A stretch of 64,000 nucleotides of DNA from Camelus ferus (taxonomy: Eukaryota): positions 115,818,001-115,882,000 of the forward strand of contig NC_045697.1 of assembly GCF_009834535.1 (NCBI RefSeq), in the 5' to 3' direction. Positions 24,555 to 38,215 of the stretch are shown here, in pieces. Position 1 is the first letter of the stretch, and each line of letters starts with the position of its first letter. Position numbers and translations under genes: made by a program. Under the pieces are notes generated by a model. That model worked only from the letters and a program-made list of their open reading frames with translations, made no database searches and was not told the origin of the DNA.

Positions 24555-26126
24555 AAAAGATTCCTTTCAAAATATTACTGATCATTGACAATGCCCTGGT
24601 CACTCAAAAGTTCTAACAGAGTTGTACAAGGAGACTAATTTCATTTTACAGTCTGATAAAACAACATCTATTCTGCAGCCCATGGATCAAGAAATAATTT
24701 CAAATTTTAAGTCTTATTCTTTAAGAAATACATTTCATAAAGCTATAACTGCCATAGATGGTGGTTCGTCTGATAGGTCTGAGCTAAGTCAATTGAAAAC
24801 CTTCTGGAAAGGATTCTCCATTCTAGACGCCATTAAGAATATTTGTGGTGCAGAGATCAAAACATCAACATGAACAGAAGTTTGGAAGAACTTGATTCCA
24901 GTCTTCATGGAAGGCTTTGAGGGTTCAAGGCTTCAGATGAGGAAGTAACTGCAGATGTGGTGGAATTAGCAGGAGAAATAGAGCTAGAAGTGGTGCCTGA
25001 AGATGTGACTGTATTTCTGCAATCTCATGATAACAGATGAGGAGTTGCTTCTTATGGATGAGTAGACAAAGTGGTTTCTGGAGATGGAATCTACTCCTGG
25101 TTAAGATGCTGTGACGATTGATAAAATGACAACAAAGGATTTAGAATATTACATAAACTCATTGATAAAACAGCAGCAGGGTTTGAAAGGATTGCCTCCC
25201 ATTTTAAAAGAAGTTCTACTGTGGGTAAAACGCTAGCAAACAGCATTGCATGCTGCAGAGAAATTGTTCCTGAAAGGAAGAATCAGTTGGTGAGGCAGAC
25301 TTCATTGTTGTCCTATTTTAAGAAATTGTCACTGTCACCCCAACCTTCAGCAATCACCACATTGGTCAGCAGCCATCAACATCAAGGCAAGACCCTCTAC
25401 CAGCAAAAAGATGATTTGCTGAAGGCTCAGATGATGGTTAGCATTCTTTAACAATAAGGTATGTTTAAGGTATGTACGTTGTGTTTTTAGACATAATGCT
25501 ATTGCACACCTAACAGACTACAGTATAGTGTAAATATAACTTTTATATTCACTGGGAAACACAAGTGTGACCTGCTTTATTGAGATATCAATTTATTGCA
25601 GTGGTCTGGAACCAAACCCGCAATATCTCCAAAGTATCTCTGTATGTACCAACTGCTATTTCAATAGTCTGTACGAAGTTTTAATATTCTCTAGCTAGTT
25701 TCATCAGTAACATACTAATCTTCCTTTAGTTCATTTTAAGAAAAGGACGTGTCACCAGTAATCAAAATTGAACATTTTTATAAAGCTGTTAAATCATTTC
25801 TGTTCAAGCTATCAAAACACTCTTGATAGAACTATAATTGGTAAATTCATCAAATTGGATATTCTACAAGTTGAACTTTTCTTTAATTCATTTTTTTTTT
25901 TGTGAATTGATTTGTGAACTATATGTTAGGAAAATTTCCAATTTTAGAATATTGAGTATTGACCAATTTACCTGCACACATTAAAGCTTCAAAATTGAAA
26001 CAACTGAAGCATCCATCAATAAGGACACATTAACTACATTATGGTATACCCATAGAGCTGTGTCCAGAAGAGAATGGTGTCATTTCAACCATACTGACAT
26101 GAACAAATCTTCAAAATAAGCATTCA

Positions 26127-26318
26127 ACACTATATATAAAAATAGATTTTTAAAAATTTTTCCTGTAGAGCACAGGGCACTATACTCACTATCTCGTAAT
26201 AACCTTTAATGAAAAAGTATATGAAAATGAATATATGCATGTATACACATGACTGGGACACTGTGCTGTGCACCAGAAACTGACACATTGTAACTGACTG
26301 CACTTCAATTAAAAACAA
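26127..26318 (+). mobile_element. L1 3' end, following an older L1ME-like fragment from about 25990
   Basis: GTAGAGCACAGGGCACTATA...TGTGCACCAGAAACTGACACATTGTAACTGACTGCACTTCAATTAAAAA. Confidence 0.85.
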
Positions 26319-26359
26319 ATAGATAAGAAGCAAAGCAAATTACCGCCATTAGAATAATT

Positions 26360-26550
26360 TAGTGATTCTGAAAGTGTGACCCACAGCCCAGTATCATCAG
26401 CATCTCCTGGCAACTTGTTAGAAAGGCAAATTCTCAAGTCTCAACTCTAACTTAGTGCATGAGAGACTCTGGGGAGTGGTGCGTTAAAGCAAGCTGTGTT
26501 TTAACAAGCCCTCCAGGTGACTGTGAAGCATGTTAAATTTAGAGCATTGC
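26360..26550. mobile_element. MER5A-like hAT-Charlie MITE
   Basis: TAGTGATTCTGAAAGTGTG...CATCAGCATCTCCTGG...TTTTAACAAGCCCTCCAGGTGA...TTTAGAGCATTGCT. Confidence 0.8.
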
Positions 26551-27630
26551 TGATATAATTAAAAGAGAAACAGTGCACATATGCATGCACACAGACCAAC
26601 ACAGAATGCATATGCTTTCCTCTAAATGCAGAGTGTCCCCTAGAAGCACACAGAAATCTGTAAGAGCTGTTCTTTCTAGGCAAGAGAACAGGCCAGAATG
26701 GAAACGAATTGAAGTTTACCATTGATACAGCCTTGTGCACACACAGAACTGGTTTAATGAGAGCAGCTTTGACAACAGTCTTTTTTTTTTTTAATCTTCA
26801 GGCTTAAAGCTGAAGAAATGTTCACAGCTATTATTCATGTAGGCACTTTTCTCTTTAAATTTCCATTGAAATGAAGAAAATTTAGAATTAAAGCAAAGGG
26901 AAGAGAAAGCATTTTAAAATATTTTCTGCCCCTTTCTTATAGTAAACATATTAAATTTGAGAAAAGGTAACAGGTTACAGTCAAGGTATATATTTCACTG
27001 TTAGGAAATTGAAGCAACTAAAGTAACTTTAGTTAGTAATTTAGCCATTATTAAGGTAACTTTAATTAATAGTCATGCTTTTATCTTTCTAAAGATTTTG
27101 CCACATGACATTTTTAGAAATGTCTACACAAGGTAGAAATTATTTGTAAAATATGGCAGAGTCGGTGTCCACAAACCACACTTTAAATGGAACACAGGTA
27201 TCATGTATAATTCATCTCCTTCACATTGTAGTGAACTTGGCAGTAACCTCAGTTGAAGCTTACAGATACAGACTTATATTAAGTCTCTGAAGGCAAAAGT
27301 TTGCAGTTACTTTTTCCATTCTGTAAGGTTTTCTAAATTTGAAATATTCTAAAATGTTTGAAATATTATGTATCAGCATATCTTTAGACTTCTTTCTATT
27401 CCTAAAGCAACCCAGATTATTATCAACTAATTATTACCACCATTACAAGAAGCAAAAATATTTGGTATTTCTAAAGTTCAATATTATTTTCTTTTTGAGA
27501 CTTTAATATGTCTTATTTTTTCAGACCACAAAGCAGGTAAATTGATATGTGAAGAAAGAACTGGAGAAAAAAAAAAAAAAAGAAAGTCCTTGTGATTATT
27601 GTCAGTAATAAATTCTACTTATAAAAGTCC

Positions 27631-28170
27631 AGTGGTTGTGATAAAAATATGTCCACAGTTTTTCAAATATTTTTCCCTTCAAGAGATGGAATTTAACTCT
27701 TTTCCCCTTGAGTGGACCATGGCAGAAGTGATGTATCATTTCTGATATTAGGTTATGAAAAGGCTGTAGCTTCCCTTTAAAGTATCAAAAAAAAAAAAAA
27801 ACTCTCTCTTAGAAATTCAGCTGTGATGTATTGAGACCACTCAGGCAGTTTCAGAGAGCTCCACATGGTGAGGAACTGAGATTTCCAGCCAACAGCCAGC
27901 AAAGATCTAAAGGCTGCCAACAAGCAAGAGAGTGAGCCTGGAAGTAGAGCCCACTCACCCTCATCCCCAATCAAGCTTTCAGATGACAGCAGCCCTTTCC
28001 AATTGTTGGCTGTAACTTAAAAGGCAAAACCTGAGCCAGAACCTTCCAACTAAAGATAACTCTGACTTTAAAATTCCTGACTCACAAAAACTACTAGATA
28101 ACAAATATTTGCTCTTTTAAGCTGCTGAATTTTGGAGTAATTGGTTATGCAGAGATAGATAATTAATGCA
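27631..28170 (+). mobile_element. MLT1 (MaLR) solo LTR
   Basis: CCACATGGTGAGGAACTGAG, CAGCCAACAGCCAGC, and the end TTTTAAGCTGCTGAATTTTGGAGTAATTGGTTATGCAG...TAATTAATGCA. Confidence 0.85.
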
Positions 28171-28794
28171 TGCCCTAAATCATATTATGGGTTAAAGAGA
28201 GCAGACATCCCATTTGTATTTCCCCAACAGCCCTTGCTTTGTGGAATCACTCCCTTCCTGCCCTAAATAATCCTCCACAATTCATGACATTCCTGGTATG
28301 ACTGACTTTTATTTCCTCCCTGGCAAGGAGACCCAGACCAGCCCAGCAAATCAGAGTATGCAATGCCTTGAGCACAGTGACTGCTTCAGAGTTGAAAGTT
28401 AAACTGGGCCAATCAGAATTCCCTCAAATAACATTACCAAAGTTACTGGGAAAAAGGTTCACCCTTCCTCTGAGTTCAGCATTTCAAGTTTCACATAAGA
28501 TTAAAGCTGTCAGGTCATCTTTTCACTCCATAGAAAGAGGCTTTCTGAAAATTAAGCCAGCAGATACAAGAAAGCAAGCAAATATGAGGCAGAAAGAGAG
28601 TGTGTTTTCATCCTACCTTTAAACCTAAATATACTATTATCTACCTTTTACCTCCGACTTAGATGAGCTTTTTTCCAAATTTCAGCTATTTTAGGAAGTT
28701 GAGTTGGCTTTCTGTTTCTAAATGGGTCTGAATGAGTCAACTGAATGGGTTCTAATAAATCTGACAAATTTTATGAACTCAAAATACACCTAAG

Positions 28795-31455
28795 ACTTTT
28801 GCTTCTGGCTATGGTGAAGTTAACAGGAACAAGTTTTACCATCACCATAAAGAACTTCAACAAAATATGTGAAACCACAGTTTTCAGACATTGGACAAAA
28901 GTCATCTCAGGGGAGTGATTCCTGAACAAAAGGAAATACATGATGTGAGGCCTAAAATTTCTCCAGCTTACTTGTCTGCAGAGTTCCTAGGTCTCAGCAC
29001 AGAACAGTGGAAACCAAACAGACCCTGGGAGTCTTCCTGAATTGAAGAGACAGAGTTGAGAATTCAGGGAATCCAAAGAAGCTAGAGTTTCTAGGTCAGA
29101 GTAAGAAACAGGAGAGTGGTACAGAGAGAGAAGTCTGAAAACCTGCAAGGGATTTCTCTTGAGTCTTCCGCTGAGTGCTTTTAAGCACTTGCATGTGAGG
29201 TTTGGTGAAGCAATTCCAGAGATCACTGCAGGCTGTGAAAATTCATCCTCCTAACAGCTGGAGTGCAGAAATCTCTTAATGCGTGAGACAACAGGTTACG
29301 TATTCAGAAAGGGATTATCTCAATAGTGGAGCCAAATTAGCTCCAGGCTAAAGGCCACTATGCTGTTTTCAAGGAACTTAGATAAACCATAGAAAAAATT
29401 TCAAAAAAATATGCGAAAGAATACAAAAATCCGAGAACCAGACAACATAAAATTCACTAAATCACCCTGATAATTTCATTTAACATTGTACTGGCCATCC
29501 TAGGCAGTGCATTAAAGAAGGAAATAAAAAACACACAGATTGAAGAATAAAGAAAATTTGCACTTAACATGAACATATATGTAAAATATCTTAAGGAATT
29601 TCCGAAAATCTACTAGAACTAGTAACAAAGGTTAGCAAGGTTTGCAAAATGAGTATACACAAATCAATTACAGTTCTACAAACTGGTAACAAGCAATCAG
29701 AAATGTAAAATTTTAAACTATACCATTTATAATAGCATGAAATTTTTTTAATATCTAAGGATAAATTTGACAAACTATATGTAATACTTATACACTGAAA
29801 ATTATAAAACATGGATGAGAGAAAATTTAGATGTAAAATGAAGAGGCATACCATTTTCAGGGGTCACACCAATTATTGTTATGATTTCATTCTTCCTAAA
29901 TTGTTGTATAAATTTAATGCAATCTCAAACAAAATCCCAGTAGGTCTTTAATAGAAACAGACCATCTGACTCTTTTCTATGCAAATGCACAAGACCTCAG
30001 AAAGCCAAAATGATTTTTAAAAGCAAAGAACAAAGCTAGAGGATTTATGCTATCCAATTTTAAAATACATTACAAAACTGCATTAATCAAGAAAGTGTGA
30101 TATTGACATAAAGATAGACATGTAATTCAATGCAACCAAATAGAGAGTCCAGAAATAGATTTACACACGTATGGTCAATGGATTTTAACAGAAGTGCCAA
30201 GGCCACTCAATGGGGAAATAATAATCCTTCCAACAAATTGTGCTAGAGCAATGGGATAACTTTATTTTAAAAAACAGAAGCCTTAATCATTCCCTGGACA
30301 TCATATTTAAAAAAAAACTAATTATAGACTGAAATATCAGAGTTTAACCTATTACATTTCTAGGAGAACTCCTAGGGAAAAAGCCTTAGTAACCGTGGGT
30401 TGGCAACGATGCTTTAAATAGCATACAAAAAGACATTAACGAAAACAATCAATAAATTAGACTTAATTTAAATTTAAAAGGTTTATTCTTCATATGAGAT
30501 TGTTAAGAAAATATAGGAGCAATCCACAGACTTGGAGACAATATTTGCAAAACACACATCCAGTAAAGGACTTGTATGTAGGACATGTAAGTTCTTACAA
30601 TTCAATAAGGAGACTAGTAGTGAACAAGATAAGCAAAGGTTTGGACAGACACTTGACCAAAGATATACAGATATTTATTCACACATGATGAAATGCTCAG
30701 CTTCTTTATTCTTTAAAAGGAAAACAAATGAAACCACACTGAGATACCACTACGTACCCACTGGAAGGATTAAAATTAGAAAGACTGAGGATAGCAAGTG
30801 TCAGCAAGGACACGGAGAAACTGGGACTCTCATGCCTGCTTTGATAATGTAAAATGATTTAGCCACTCTGGAAAACTGTGCATATTTCCTTCAAAAAGTT
30901 AAACATCCTTCTACCATTTGATCCAGCCATTCTGCTCCTAGGTTTTTACACAAATGAATGAAAGCTTATGTTACACAAAGATTTGTACATAACTGATCTT
31001 AGAACTTTTATTTCTAATAGCCTCAAACCAGAAACAATTCAAAAGGCCACCAAAGAGAAATGAGCAGACAGATGAATGTATTCACGCCATGAAATATTGT
31101 TTGCCAATGAAAAGAAATAAACTATTGCTATGCACCACATCTGTGAATCTCAAAACAATTATGCTCAGTGAAAGAAGCCAAGGTAGAGGGCATACTGACT
31201 CCTTTGATATAAAACTCAAATAAAGTGCTAGCTAATCTATGTTGACAGAAAGCGGGCCAGGGGTTGCCTTAGGGTTAGTGGAGTGTTGGGGGAGGGGCAT
31301 CACACAGGCACAAGGAAACCTTGAGAGGATGACAGATACATTCAATGTCTTAGTTATGATGATGGTTTCACAAGTGTCAAAATTCATCAAATTTTATACT
31401 TTTTGATGTGAACTGTTTATTGTATGTCAATTATCCCTCAACTAACCCATGAAAA
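28795..31455 (+). mobile_element. Ancient L1 (L1MC/MD/ME-like), internally deleted
   Basis: 5' end GACTTTTGCTTCTGGCTATGGTG; ORF2 3' remnants including TTLRYHYVPTGRIKIRK; 3'UTR ending TGTATGTCAATTATCCCTCAA. Confidence 0.85.
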
Positions 31456-32067
31456 TGCCCTTTTTATTCCTGACTGAGACTGAAATGTTCTATCTATAAG
31501 AGTACATAAACTCATTTTACCAAGAACTAGTACAGGAAGTGGACAGCAGAATCTTAGTGACAGAAACACTCCTCCCGGCGCATTTCAACCTGCAGGGCAC
31601 TTTTTACCCATGTGAAAACTTCAGACTATCATGATTAATGATTACATTCAGAGCTAAAAATGGCCTGCAGCTCTGAATTTTGTCTTATTGTTTGCATATT
31701 CCCATTTATCTTGGAACATTTGGCACAAATAATATATTCTTGGTAACTCCTTTTGTTGTCTATATAATTGAGAAGTAGCTGACTATTTGAAGCTAAGGAT
31801 ATTTTTCTTAACCCTCACACCTGATCGTTTTCACACAGTATATAGTTGACAGATCCTCTGTTGAAGTTATCGATAAATGTTCCTGACTCATAAATGGAGC
31901 TAAAATAGACTACAAGATGGTAACTTCCTCATCCCTCACCCACCTCACCCTCTTTCCGTGAAGCGAGAACTGTTCTGAAAAACAAAAAATCTCAAATGAG
32001 AAAGTAAACAAGCCTATCTCACCGAAGTATTCCCTAGATAAGGGTGGGGCTGAGTTTCTAAGAAGAG

Positions 32068-32103
32068 CACATGCACGCGCAAGCACACACACACACACAC
32101 ACA
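32068..32103. repeat. (CA)n microsatellite
   Basis: Read directly. Confidence 0.85.
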
Positions 32104-32789
32104 ACTGTATCTTGGAAATAGCCAAAGGAGAGTGAAGTGGCCAAAATCAGTAAAATGAACAGGTAAAGAGTGGAATGAATTAGAGGACCATGAAACAAGT
32201 CAGAGGAATAAAATAACATATGAGGCATGGATGAAGTTCAAATAAAGAAAAGAGTACAGAACTTAAGAACAAGAGCTAAGTGTATGAATCCCACAATCAT
32301 TTTTGTCACTAATATTTTCATCTTCATGGATATGTTGGCATTATGGCTTTTGAGATATGAAGAAATGTATGGTAGCCATTGAAAAGTAAGTTTTAAAATA
32401 TCCAGATATTTTATATTACCTTATACAATTTTACACCAAAAAAGAAAAAAAAACTTCGGTTGCAATATATGTGTCTTGTAGACAAGGTTTAAGGCTGTGC
32501 TCGGTTAAGGCCAAGAATCACACAGTAATTGTAATGTGTATGAACCCAATTTCAGCCAACATCATACTGCTCTTCTCTGCCAACAGTCCCCTAAAGTGAC
32601 AAAGAGATGGAAGAAATGGCTCACTGAGAAGCAGGCAGGTTATGTGACAAGAACAGAATGCTGACTAACAACAGCAATGCTTCCTAATCTAAAGAAAAAA
32701 TAACCATGTATCTATTCCTAATTCCCCATGTTCATTCCTGACTGACTAAAATGAGCATTTAGTGTATGAACTTTTTTTTACTCTAAGAA

Positions 32790-33762
32790 TTTTTTTATTG
32801 ACATCTAGCTGATTTACAATGTTGTGTAAATTTCTGGTTTAGAGGAAAGTGATTAAGATAGATAGATAGATAGATACACACACACACACACACACACACA
32901 TTTTTTTAGATTCTTTTCCATTATATGTTCTTATAAGATATTGAATATAGTTACTTGTGCTGTACAATAGGTCCTTGTTGTTTACCTATTTTATATACAG
33001 TAGTGTATATATGTTAATCCCACACTCCTAATTTATCCCTCCCCCCCAACCCCTTTCTCTTTTGGTAACTATATGTTATTTTCTATGTCTGTGAGTCTAT
33101 TTTTGATTTGTAAATAAGTTCATTTGTATCATTTTTTTTTAGATTCCACATATAAGTGATATCACACAATACTTGTCTTTATCTGACTTACTTCACTTAA
33201 TATGATAATCTCTAGGTCCAGCCATGTTGCTACAAATAGCATTATTTTTATGGCTAAGTAATATTCCATTGTATGTATGTACCATATATTCTTTTTTAAT
33301 TGAAATATAGTCAGTTACAATGCATCGATTTCTGGTGTACAGCATAATGTACACCAGATGCATATACATACATATATACCACAATTTCTTTATCCAGTCA
33401 TCTGTCAATGGACATTTAGGTTGCTTCCATGTCTTGGCTACTGTAAATAGTGCTGCTATGAACATTGGGGTGCATGTATCTTTTTGAGTTAGAGTTTTCT
33501 CTGCATATATGCCCAGGAGTAGGATTGCTGGATCATACGGTAAGTCTACTTTTAGTTTTTTAAGGAACCTCCCTACTGTCCTCCATAGTGGCTGCATGAA
33601 ACTACATTCCCACCAACAGTGTAGGAGGGTTCCCTTTTCTCCACAGCCTCTCCAGCATTTATCGTTTGTGGCCATTTTAATATTGGCCATTCTGACTGGT
33701 GTGAGGTGATACCTCACTGTAGTTTGATTTGCATTTCTCTAATAATTTGTGATGTTGAGATC
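32790..33762 (-). mobile_element. L1, 5'-truncated (ORF2 C-terminus plus 3'UTR)
   Basis: ORF 33193-33717 [38 protein letters not shown]...[26 protein letters not shown] tract at 32790. Confidence 0.95.
33290..33365 (-). mobile_element. Very short nested L1 3' end with fold-back junction
   Basis: TTTTTTAATTGAAATATAGTCAGTTACAATG...TCTGGTGTACAGC interrupts the host L1. Confidence 0.75.
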
Positions 33763-35366
33763 ACTTTTAGGCCTACCGATGACTAGACTCAAGCCAGATC
33801 TGCTTAGCTGAAACACAGTTTTCAGAATAAGGAGCAATTCCTTGGCTTGGTAGATCTGATCTCTCTTGAGAAAGGGAGAAAGATTGTTAATGAGTGTCCC
33901 TGCCTTGAACTCAAAGTCCTCCTGCAAAATTCAGGGGAAGCTCTGAATCTCCTCTGGTTTCACAGATCAACAACTGAGGTCTTTAATAAGCTATATTGTG
34001 CCACACCTGCCTGTGTTCTTTCTGACTCATCTTAGTGAGACTGTGAGTCAAAGCAACTAAAATCTTCTTAGATGCAATAACAAGGGCTTAAATATGGCAC
34101 CAGTATTATGTCTTCCCAAAGGATAGCCTCAGGCCACACACTTCCTGCAGTGGATAGGTAATTAAAAGTAATAGGTAATTAAAAGTAACTCTAACCCTAG
34201 AATTAGAACTTACAAAAATAAAACAAATTTGTGGAGAAATCTGGTATTCCTTTGCCCTGGCCTTACTTTATCCCTGTCCTCAATACCACGAAGGTATAGG
34301 ACAATGCCTGAAGTCATACTGTTTCCCTGTGACATAGGATACAAACACATGGGCACGCACATGAATACGTCATTGTTCAAAAGCCAGGGATGCAATTATG
34401 ATGCTTTCCTGCTTTCCCACTTCAAAGAGATGCTTTCTGTACCTCATCGTGCTTTGCTGTGGGATATCTGAACAGCATTTACTAGTAGGCAGAGAGCTCA
34501 GATTGGCCCGTGTGGCTGTGGAGGGCTTTCCCAACAGCCTTGACAGATGCCATGTTGTAGAGAAAAAGATGGTGGAGACCCAGACACAGGGTGTGTGTGT
34601 GGTGGGGGGGGGACAGACTGAAATTTGTGACTCTTATCCATAAAGAAGAGAGAGAAGGGATGTAAGAGAGACCAGGGAGGTGTGGGGGAGCCTGCCTTTA
34701 ATTGAGAGTGACCCTCACAATAAGGCAGGAGAGCTTAGAAGTAAGAAGTACACACACAGGATTCTGTGATCTTCGGGAACATTTGTCATCTTATGTGTCT
34801 TTTATATGCAAACATACCAGAATTTCTGGAGTAGTAAAAATGATCTCCCAATCTCATCCAATACATTACATAACCCTTGCTCAAGCCAACCACTTATAAG
34901 TGTTTATGTCTTTGTTATTGATAACTTCCTTTCTCTTTTCACATCTTTGGCCCTTCATCCTTTCTGAACACAGTCATTAGCATTTATTTTATTTTTACCC
35001 CTAACTCTAAGCCAAAGTATTTTCTAGTAAGAGTTCTCTCTTTCCTACCAGATTATAAGCTCTCTGATAGCAGCAAACCCACCCCGCTTGTGTATTTAAG
35101 CATACTTAATACAGTGCCTTGCGTATTAGTTGAACACATCAAATAACTTATTTTTTTGAAATCCATACATAACATGCAACCCAGAGGCCATCTGGCCTCC
35201 TCTGTTGCATGGAAGTAGAAGTTCAAGCATCCTTCAACCTGATCAAAGCACAGCTTCACTGACTCCTCAGAAACTTCTAGCACAACAAGCACACACAGTT
35301 GTGGAATTTCAGCCCTTCACTGAAGATTGAAAAAATGCAGGAGAGCAAAAGAGACAGCATCACACC

Positions 35367-35801
35367 CATGATGGCTAATTTTATGTGTCAACTTAATTGG
35401 GCCACAGGGCGCCCAAGTGTTGGTTAAACATTGTCCACGTACGTCTGTGAGGGGGTCTGGATGAGATGAACGTTTGACTTGTAGACTGAGGACAGCAGAT
35501 TGTCCTCCGGCATGAAGATGGGCCTCATCCAATCTGTTCAAGAACTTACTGAATCGAAAGCTGAAAAGAAGATTTCTTTCTCACTGCCTGACTGTCTTCA
35601 AGCTGGGACGTTGGTCTCTTCCTGACTTTGGACTCAGACTCAGACTGAAGTTTATACCATTGGCTCTTCTGGTTCTCAGGCCCTGAGAGTTGGATGGACA
35701 CTCCACCATCAGCTCCCTGGGTCTCCAGCTTGCCTACTGCAGCTTGGACTTCTCAGCCTACACGGTCCCATGAGCCAATTCCTCACAGTAAATCTCTCTT
35801 T
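35367..35801 (+). mobile_element. MLT2 solo LTR, 3' end missing
   Basis: TGATGGCTAATTTTATGTGTCAACTT...GGGCCTCATCCAATCTGTT...CATGAGCCAATTCCTCACAGTAAATCTCTC. Confidence 0.9.
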
Positions 35802-35829
35802 CCTGCCTCCACTACAAGAGGCCATCAGG

Positions 35830-36010
35830 GGCGGCGGACACGGACTTTGGCTCTGGATTACCTGGATACTCACCTGACTCCACCGCCTGTACGAGCAACC
35901 CTGGGTAAGTGACTTAACCTGCCAATTTCCTCATCAGGAAAATGGGAATATTAATTGTACTTCCCTCACAGAGTCAGTGTGAGTATTAAGTGAATTAAAA
36001 GTGCCTAGCA
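35830..36010 (+). mobile_element. MIR SINE
   Basis: CCTGGGTAAGTGACTTAACCT...TTTCCTCATCAGGAAAATGGGAATA. Confidence 0.8.
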
Positions 36011-36195
36011 CTAAACTACTATATATAAAATAGATAAACAACAAGGACCTACTCTATAGCACAGGGAACTATATTTGATGGCTTGTAATAACCTATAATG
36101 AAAAAGAGTATGTATATATACATATAACTGAATCAGTATGCTATGCACTAGAAATTAACACAACATTGTAAATCAACTGTACTTCAATTTTTTAA
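36010..36195 (+). mobile_element. L1 3' end inserted in the MIR
   Basis: CTAAACTACTATATATAAAATAGATAAACAACAAGGACCTACT...CTTCAATTTTTT; degenerate TSD TTAAAAGTGCCTAGC / TTAAAAGGTGCTTAAC. Confidence 0.85.
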
Positions 36196-37334
36196 AAGGT
36201 GCTTAACTCTTAGGAAGCACCCATATGAGTATAAACTAATATGCATATATAGCCAAACTAAAAATCACTTTTAAAGAGGCTATAATAATATTACCTTTAC
36301 CACTACTATTCCTTTAAAAATCCAAATTTTAGGGAAAAAAATGTTATTTACCTTTTTTCTCTCCTTTTCTTGAGCTATGTAAAGCATTTTCTTTCTAAAA
36401 CACTTTCTCCATCCATTTGTTTTCTCTAACAGGCACTTGCCCCTGACTTACCCTAAGCTGCTCACTGGCTGGGAAGAAATCTTTCCATCTATTATGAATA
36501 ATTTTCCTTTTAATAAAAAGAAGTTATAAAAATTTGCTTCATTTTCTTTTCCAATTTACTGCTTAAAAGAAAATAAATTGCCAGCCTCATAAGATGCCTT
36601 TTTAAAGACAAAAGTTTATTTTCACAAGAAAGAAAGTTATACATTAAACACACCATGCACTCAAATCATTCACTGAAAGGATAAAATCACTCACCAAAAA
36701 TAACTCATATCTAGTATCTTGATTACCAATATCTCATGTTATATTTTTAAGTCTACCTTTAATAAAAGCTTTAGTCACATGAATTTTAGGAAAAAAGAAT
36801 TTTATTCTAAGCTCCTACTTAACTCTCTGTTTTGGTCCAAATGATTTGTGTAATATTTTTGCCTCTGTTCTTTGCTATACATGCCCCCTTTAAAAGTCCC
36901 TCTGTCACCTCTCTACTAATGAAATGCTCTTTTAGGCATTAACCAATGGCCTTGCAGCTAGAACCCAAGCTGTTTTCTCCATTTTTATTTATGTTGTTTA
37001 CTGGGGTCCCCTTTATCTCATCTCATGACAGCTCCTAGCCCTCCGCCACCATTACCAAAGCTTCCATTCTAGCCCTTAACCCATTTCTTTGTGTCTGCTT
37101 CTTCAGGAAGATAACACATTATCAACACTTTAACATCACCCCATGCTGACTGACCCTCAGCTCCACATACCACCAGGGCCATTTCTTCACTTGAATATCA
37201 ATCACCATCTCAAATCCCAAATGTCCGAGCTCAGTGAGGTCCCTCACCCAAAGCACACCCCTCTCCTCTCCCCTCCTCCCACTGGTACCATCTTTCTTTG
37301 ACCTGATCTTCAAATCTAAGAAAACCATCATTAT

Positions 37335-37861
37335 CGTCAAAGCAAAAATTGCACTAGACAAAATTAAACAAGCAAGGAAGACTTTATAGGAAATAGAGGT
37401 CAGAAGTCAGTCTGAACTTGACTCTGCTGAATCCAAGAGTGAGAGGATTTTTAAGCCCTGGAGTGAGCTTGTAGAAAAGTATGTTACTGGAGGGCATTAG
37501 GAAGAAATTATAGGTCAGATTTATCTTCCAACTGACTTGATTCCAAAGCAAATTAAACCTCTCATCTCTATGTAATTTGGAACAAAGTCCCCACCCAAGT
37601 CAGGTACCAACCCTCCCATAGAGACCAGGAGACAGGGCTGCTGGTAACATTTCAGAGTCTTTGAGAAAGCATTCCTGGGTTGTAAAACTGACAAGAGGCT
37701 ATTGAAAAGATTGATATCTCAAGGGAGCAGAGAAAGAATTTACAGTTATAAGTTTTCTAAAGTAAATGCTCTAAGGAATGGGAGGTGGGGGACCTAGAGT
37801 CAGGAAGAAGCCTGTCCAAAGTTCAGTCACAATAAGGGTGACAGTAAGACCCTCTCGGTCA
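37335..37861 (-). mobile_element. ERV1 solo LTR, MER67-like
   Basis: GTCAAAGCAAAAATTGCACTAGACAAA...TTTTCTAAAGTAAATGCTCTAAG...TAGAGTCAGGAAGAAGCCTGTC...GGTCA. Confidence 0.8.
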
Positions 37862-38169
37862 CTGTCATCATCCACCAACAGTTATAGAGAGCTTGTCATG
37901 AACGTGGTCCTTGGTCAAGACATTTAGGTGGATGATCTCTACATTTTCCATCCATCACCTGTATCACATCGCTTGTCACATATTACCCTATCAACTCCAG
38001 AGCTGGAAAAGAACTTAGGTAACTAGATAAGCTGTTATACCCCTACCATTGCAAGTACCTTAAGAATAAACTTTTGGGATTATTAACTACCCAGCAATAG
38101 TTTAATTGTTTGAAAGAATTAAGTGTGAGCTACAGAGACCGAGAGCATGTAAAACGTAATCCCTCCCAT

Positions 38170-38215
38170 AAGCGCTTTCCGCCCTTGCAGCTGCTTATCT
38201 CGCCTGAGTCAGACA
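38170..38215. promoter_or_regulatory. Compact motif cluster: GC box, E-box, GATA, AP-1
   Basis: CCGCCC 38179-84, CAGCTG 38188-93, TTATCT 38195-200 and TGAGTCA 38205-11 within 33 bp. Confidence 0.35.

Larger units (their letters stand above)
23008..25642 (+). mobile_element. Full-length Tigger1 DNA transposon (pogo/TcMar), transposase inactivated
   Basis: Ends CATGCATACCTC and AAAGTATCTCTG with flanking TA; peptides [46 protein letters not shown] and TTSILQPMDQEIISNFKSY. Confidence 0.95.

Noticed and set aside
33193..33717. 174-aa ORF as a gene
   Set aside because: It is the L1 ORF2 C-terminus running into a nested insertion.
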